A stretch of DNA of 29,386 bases from a virus (Duplodnaviria > Caudoviricetes). Shown here piece by piece: positions 25,366 through 29,386 of the stretch. The notes under the pieces were generated by a model. The model made no database searches. It was not told where the DNA came from and saw nothing but the letters and a program-made list of their open reading frames with translations. Location of the stretch: IMG/VR virus record IMGVR_UViG_3300030406_004061, positions 1-29,386 of that record, one strand, 5' to 3'. The translations under genes and the position numbers were made by a program. Position 1 is the first letter of the stretch. Every line of letters starts with the position of its first letter.

Positions 25366-26799
25366 TTATCCTATTCTAAATGATCCGTGGATTGGTGATT
25401 GATATTTTATATCAATAATTGGTACTACGCTATAACGTAATGCATCAAGGGCATGTTTATGTTCCGAACGTGCATCCATAGAACCGCTTTTTTTCAATGT
25501 CCACCGGCGAAAAGAACGAATTAATGTCTCACAACGTGGATGGACCGTAAAACGCTTTTTCATCATTCTATCATGTAATAACTGACAACCATAATAAACA
25601 GACCAACGCGGTTTGTGTGCGGTGTGAATTCTAAATGGCATGGTTCCTTGTGGATATTCCAATACATGTTCCAAGGCGCTACGAAGCATGGCGTTTGACA
25701 TCCGGCCGCCATGTCTACCACCGCGATGTGCTATATCACCGGTCCATCGTGTGATCATGTTTGGTGTCAATCCATTACGTGATAACATCCGCAAAATTGC
25801 ACGGGCATGTGTCTCAGCCATAGACCGTTCATTTTGATTTCCTCCACTATAATATTCATCGAGTACATATACATGTGGGTTATCTGATTCCGTCATGTCG
25901 ATTGCGCATAATATAACCGCTTGGGCCCCTGGAAGTGAACCGTGATCAATACCAATTGAAAATCTATAATCACCATCATTTGGACATGGGGCGTCTGAAA
26001 TCATTTCCTCACTAAAACATTCAAACACCAATCCATCCGGCCGGCCGGCTTCCCATGATCCTTCCAATCGTGCTTGTCGATCCAATGGTAGATATGTATC
26101 TGCTATGCGGTCGATATCTTGTTGTGTTAAAAGCGCTCTACATCCCATTGGTGTAACATTTTCTATATTCAACGCCGCGACAATATCGTGGATTTTTCCA
26201 TCGTCCACCATTTGTTTTAAATATCCACAATCTTGTCCAATCGGTGTCATTGTCATGACCATCCTTCCACGTTTTCGCAAAAGTCTAGCTGCTAATTCTC
26301 CAAATATTGAAACGGGCGGTGGTTCATCAATCCAAACCATGTCAACCGTTCCAGATGCAACACCCAATGTTCCTTGGTTGGTTGTTTTGATTCGAACCAA
26401 GGAACCATTTTTGAATGAAATAATCGGTGTTTTTCCTTTGAATCCTTTTCCCGGGACATACTCACAACCATCCGATAATTCAGCTGGTGGAATCAAATCA
26501 TATATTTTTCCTTGTACGGTTTTGGATTGCTCCCAACTATGTACAATCACCCATATTTCCTTTGGGCCATCCGGTATATTTTTATATGGATGCCTATTCA
26601 ATGCATAAAAAATCATTTCAGCAGCGCCGGCGGCGGTCTTTCCTAACTGGTTGCCGGCTCTAAAAAGTGTTATCGGTGCTGTCGATTGTAAAAACGCCAA
26701 TTGTGGTTTGGTAGGTGTGAACCATGCCAATGGATCCGCGGTTGTTACATCGCGCATTTTCAACAATGTTTTGGTTATACTGGCGATGTTAATGTTCAT
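25366..26799 (-). CDS. terL: Terminase large subunit
   Basis: Walker A AGNQLGKT, Walker B VWIDE, coupling motif MTMTP, nuclease IGIDHG and HALDALRY. Confidence 0.96.
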   Translation of the reverse strand: MNINIASITKTLLKMRDVTTADPLAWFTPTKPQLAFLQSTAPITLFRAGNQLGKTAAGAAEMIFYALNRHPYKNIPDGPKEIWVIVHSWEQSKTVQGKIYDLIPPAELSDGCEYVPGKGFKGKTPIISFKNGSLVRIKTTNQGTLGVASGTVDMVWIDEPPPVSIFGELAARLLRKRGRMVMTMTPIGQDCGYLKQMVDDGKIHDIVAALNIENVTPMGCRALLTQQDIDRIADTYLPLDRQARLEGSWEAGRPDGLVFECFSEEMISDAPCPNDGDYRFSIGIDHGSLPGAQAVILCAIDMTESDNPHVYVLDEYYSGGNQNERSMAETHARAILRMLSRNGLTPNMITRWTGDIAHRGGRHGGRMSNAMLRSALEHVLEYPQGTMPFRIHTAHKPRWSVYYGCQLLHDRMMKKRFTVHPRCETLIRSFRRWTLKKSGSMDARSEHKHALDALRYSVVPIIDIKYQSPIHGSFRIG

Positions 26800-26963
26800 T
26801 TTTCATATTCATTTTTGACATTTTGCGGAATGTCGTTTGGATCAATATTGATTTCATATCCTTGTTTGAGACATAGAACCATCGCAAATTTTTTTTCTAC
26901 ATATACATAATGATATGATCCATCATTTAATTCTAATCTACACCAAATTTTTTCATTTCTCAT
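26796..26963 (-). CDS. Hypothetical 55-aa protein (not in the ORF track)
   Basis: GGGGGA SD; MRNEKIWCRLELNDGSYHYVYVEKKFAMVLCLKQGYEINIDPNDIPQNVKNEYEK; ATGA overlap with terL. Confidence 0.65.
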   Translation of the reverse strand: MRNEKIWCRLELNDGSYHYVYVEKKFAMVLCLKQGYEINIDPNDIPQNVKNEYEK

Positions 26964-26975
26964 ATATCCATCCCC

Positions 26976-27446
26976 CTATAGATTTATTTTTAAATTCTTT
27001 GATTTTTTCGCACGTTCAAACAATTTTTTATCCGCGGTTTTCGTGGTTTTTCCCTTGGTAATAAACGAATAAACACGGGCCTTTGCCCATTGTGCTTGCG
27101 TTGCTCCTGGTCTATGTCCTACGGCCCATGCCGCTTGTCCTTTTTTGTATACTTCACCAATGATTCCTTTTGGAATACCGGTCACACTTGCCACCGCTTT
27201 AACAAATTTATCATCCGCATCACCGGACCGCATTTTTTTTGATGATGCCAATATCTTATCTCGTAATCCGGATCTTGTTACTTTCATTGTAGATTTGGAT
27301 CTTCGTGTTTTTGCTCTTGCATCACCAGGAAGCGCTTTAAATGATTTCTTTTTTCCCGTGGCTCGTTTTCGAATTTCCGCTTTTCGACGTGCGGCGGTTG
27401 ATGATCCCAATGATCCAATATATTTTGATGGTACTTTTCTAGCCAT
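26976..27446 (-). CDS. Highly basic protein, DUF5824-like
   Basis: VPSKY...LPGD...TGIP...VYKKGQAAW..GHRPGATQAQWAKARVYSF..KGKT..TAD motif set, recalled from memory. Confidence 0.75.
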   Translation of the reverse strand: MARKVPSKYIGSLGSSTAARRKAEIRKRATGKKKSFKALPGDARAKTRRSKSTMKVTRSGLRDKILASSKKMRSGDADDKFVKAVASVTGIPKGIIGEVYKKGQAAWAVGHRPGATQAQWAKARVYSFITKGKTTKTADKKLFERAKKSKNLKINL

Positions 27447-27449
27447 AAA

Positions 27450-28586
27450 TCACCACGGTATGTTGTTAATTTCTTTTTGGATTTTCCTATATTCTTCTAT
27501 ATCGTCAAGTATACCACTTTTCATGATATACCTTCCAATGGTTTCGCTACATTGTGGAACGATGGCATTTCCTAAAGCTCTAACTCGGTCCAACCGGTTG
27601 GGAATCCCATCATCCATTCGACAAAGCGGGGGTTCAATCGGTGTTCTTTTCCAATAGTTTCTTTCGTGTATCCTGCCATTTGTGCCGCCCGTACATTTAA
27701 AGATCTTTCGCGATTCCATTGGCTCGGTGTGCATGGATTGTTTTTGGATGTGTTGGCGGTTGGTGTTGGAAGTAATTTCATACTTTCCTTTATCATTATT
27801 TTCACATATGTTTCCAATGGTGGCGTTCCTGTTTGACCTGATTTTTTTCGAATTGTTCTTGGTGTTCCGTTCCTTGTCATGTAATATTCTTGTGTGATGT
27901 TTCCACCCATCGCTGATGCCGTTGGCGTTGGAAGTTTCACACCCTGTTCCATCATTAATTGGATTTGTATTCCAAGATTCATTGGAATGTTTCCTTTTGT
28001 GTTGTACTTCTTTTGATGTTTTTCGTTTCTCTTTTTCCACAATTCCAAATTTTCCATCCGTGTGGATTTGGTTGGGGTACGCAATAAAAAAGATCCTTTC
28101 GCGTTTGTGTGGCGCGCCTTCATCTGATGCGCGTACATCAATCCATTCAACATCATACCCGATTTGGGATAGCGATGAGATGACGATATCCATTCCTCGT
28201 CCTTTTTGAGTGATTGCGGTGACATTTTCAGCGATTGCGATTCGTGGTCGTACCATATCAATGATTCGTAACATTTCAAACCAAAGACCGGACCGCGCAC
28301 CATTGGCAATTCCTTTTCCTTTTCCAGCTTGGCTAATGTCTTGGCATGGGAATCCTCCGCAAATAATGTCCACAATGTTAATTGTACCATGTTTGATCTC
28401 CTTTATATCATCATAGATTGGAACATCTGGCCAATGTTTTTTCAATACCTTTTGAGCAAATGCGTTTTGTTCACACTGCCAAATGGTTTTTGAATTTGGA
28501 ATTGCACGTTCCAAACCTAATTCAAAACCACCGATTCCGGAAAATAATGATCCAATTGTTATTTGTTTTTGTTTATTAGTCTTCAT
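27450..28586 (-). CDS. DNA (cytosine-5) methyltransferase, large chain (motifs I-VIII and X)
   Basis: SLFSGIGG, GGFPCQD, ENV, PHKRERIF, RALGNAIVPQ. Confidence 0.93.
   Translation of the reverse strand: MKTNKQKQITIGSLFSGIGGFELGLERAIPNSKTIWQCEQNAFAQKVLKKHWPDVPIYDDIKEIKHGTINIVDIICGGFPCQDISQAGKGKGIANGARSGLWFEMLRIIDMVRPRIAIAENVTAITQKGRGMDIVISSLSQIGYDVEWIDVRASDEGAPHKRERIFFIAYPNQIHTDGKFGIVEKEKRKTSKEVQHKRKHSNESWNTNPINDGTGCETSNANGISDGWKHHTRILHDKERNTKNNSKKIRSNRNATIGNICENNDKGKYEITSNTNRQHIQKQSMHTEPMESRKIFKCTGGTNGRIHERNYWKRTPIEPPLCRMDDGIPNRLDRVRALGNAIVPQCSETIGRYIMKSGILDDIEEYRKIQKEINNIPW
27572..28390 (-). CDS. Nested out-of-frame second chain of the C5 methyltransferase (TRD-like repeats plus motif IX)
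   Basis: Internal SD AAGGAG before ATG 28390; three (L)xTPT modules; LNPRFVEWMMGFPTGWT is motif IX-like. Confidence 0.85.
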   Translation of the reverse strand: MVQLTLWTLFAEDSHAKTLAKLEKEKELPMVRGPVFGLKCYESLIWYDHESQSLKMSPQSLKKDEEWISSSHRYPKSGMMLNGLMYAHQMKARHTNAKGSFLLRTPTKSTRMENLELWKKRNEKHQKKYNTKGNIPMNLGIQIQLMMEQGVKLPTPTASAMGGNITQEYYMTRNGTPRTIRKKSGQTGTPPLETYVKIMIKESMKLLPTPTANTSKNNPCTPSQWNRERSLNVRAAQMAGYTKETIGKEHRLNPRFVEWMMGFPTGWTELEL

Positions 28587-28806
28587 AAGTCTCTTGTATT
28601 ATAGGCCAATATTTATTTGGTGTCATTGAAATAATATTGTAATTAATATGATCAACGGAATCATCACATGTCCATCCCATGTTCATATATGCATTTATCA
28701 ACAAACAAAAATCATATATAAAACATTCATGCACTAGATGATATCCAACAATAGCACGATCTAAATATTTTCTTGGTTCTAGATATACAGTATTATCATT
28801 TATCAT
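28576..28806 (-). CDS. Conserved small phage hypothetical protein
   Basis: DRAIVG...IYD...GWT.DDS.D.I.YN...WP pattern familiar from environmental phages. Confidence 0.7.
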   Translation of the reverse strand: MINDNTVYLEPRKYLDRAIVGYHLVHECFIYDFCLLINAYMNMGWTCDDSVDHINYNIISMTPNKYWPIIQETYED

Positions 28807-29320
28807 TTGTCTTTAACCTGATTACGTTTCCACTTTCATGTGCTTCAATCACTTCCAATAATTCGTGTCGGATGATTGGTGGTAGATTCACAAATGCATC
28901 AATCAACAATCGTTTGTGTTCATCCATCGACATTTCCCTTAACTCATCGCCAGCCGCTTCAATGTATTCCAACATTTCATTGTGGACCTGTATTTGTAAT
29001 TTGTGAAATGATGGAAGCGAATGAACAACACGTTCAACACGTGCGGTTTCAATGTCGTTTGATATCTCCATTAATTTCATCCGACGGAATAAAATTGGAT
29101 CGTCTGGAATATTAGACGATGTTATTTGATTTGGATTGTAATTTTGTACATTGGATTTTTCTTGACTTTTCTTTTTTCCGGTTTTGATGGTTCGCGAAAT
29201 TGTGGATTTGGAAACACCATATTTTTTTGAAAGCGCATCCATCGATATATCATTGGATTGATATTCATGAAGGATTGCGATTTTTTCAGCTGGCGTTAAC
29301 TGGCGTTTCATTTTGGACAT
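28796..29320 (-). CDS. Probable terminase small subunit (N-terminal HTH)
   Basis: SMDALSKKYGVSKSTISR HTH plus helical body; first gene of the operon leading to terL; AGGA SD before ATG 29320. Confidence 0.65.
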   Translation of the reverse strand: MSKMKRQLTPAEKIAILHEYQSNDISMDALSKKYGVSKSTISRTIKTGKKKSQEKSNVQNYNPNQITSSNIPDDPILFRRMKLMEISNDIETARVERVVHSLPSFHKLQIQVHNEMLEYIEAAGDELREMSMDEHKRLLIDAFVNLPPIIRHELLEVIEAHESGNVIRLKTNDK

Positions 29321-29345
29321 GCAACATCCTGATTGTTGTTCCATT

Positions 29346-29357
29346 TCATTATAACAT
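29346..29357 (-). promoter_or_regulatory. Extended -10 promoter for the packaging operon
   Basis: ATGTTATAATGA, identical to 402-413 on the plus strand. Confidence 0.65.
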
Positions 29358-29376
29358 ATAAAGAGAAATTGTCGCG

Positions 29377-29386
29377 GTCAACAATA
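29377..29386 (+). repeat. Terminal direct repeat, right copy
   Basis: Identical to 1-10. Confidence 0.9.

Larger units (their letters stand above)
1..29386. mobile_element. Tailed bacteriophage genome (siphovirus-like), apparently complete
   Basis: Terminase, portal, capsid, tape measure, tail, lysis and replication genes; no host housekeeping flanks; identical 10 nt at both ends. Confidence 0.95.

Noticed and set aside
27450-28586. Methyltransferase as a frameshifted pseudogene or half of a restriction-modification pair
   Set aside because: Both frames are intact with their own starts; no adjacent restriction endonuclease
1-29386. tRNA or rRNA genes; specific host assignment
   Set aside because: No cloverleaf seen in the short intergenic gaps; the alphaCTD sequence only loosely suggests a delta- or alphaproteobacterial-type donor, not enough to name a host

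Overview
The window looks like a complete or near-complete ~29.4 kb AT-rich tailed-phage genome of siphovirus type; the first and last 10 nt (GTCAACAATA) are identical. Most genes are on the minus strand. One block runs terminase small (probable), C5 methyltransferase, terminase large, portal and scaffold. After an interrupting plus-strand fibre cassette come the major capsid, neck, tail tube, frameshifted tail chaperone, tape measure, tail tip and lysis genes. An early/replication block encodes an alphaCTD-like protein, HTH regulators, RusA, an O-like initiator with iterons, a loader-like protein, an HNH nuclease and a DEDDh exonuclease. I see no integrase, DNA polymerase, tRNA or CRISPR array. 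Highlights: (1) a stand-alone RNA polymerase alpha C-terminal-domain protein as the first early gene; (2) face-to-face mirror-image promoters carrying a TGTAAA-N16-TGTAAA box; (3) a candidate two-state RNA switch after the capsid gene whose loop is a perfect anti-Shine-Dalgarno for the next gene; (4) a two-chain C5 methyltransferase with the second chain nested out of frame and carrying three repeated target-recognition-like modules; (5) CCGG enrichment with apparent AG/CT depletion; (6) a set of small, very basic proteins. All family assignments are by-eye motif recognition, not database results.
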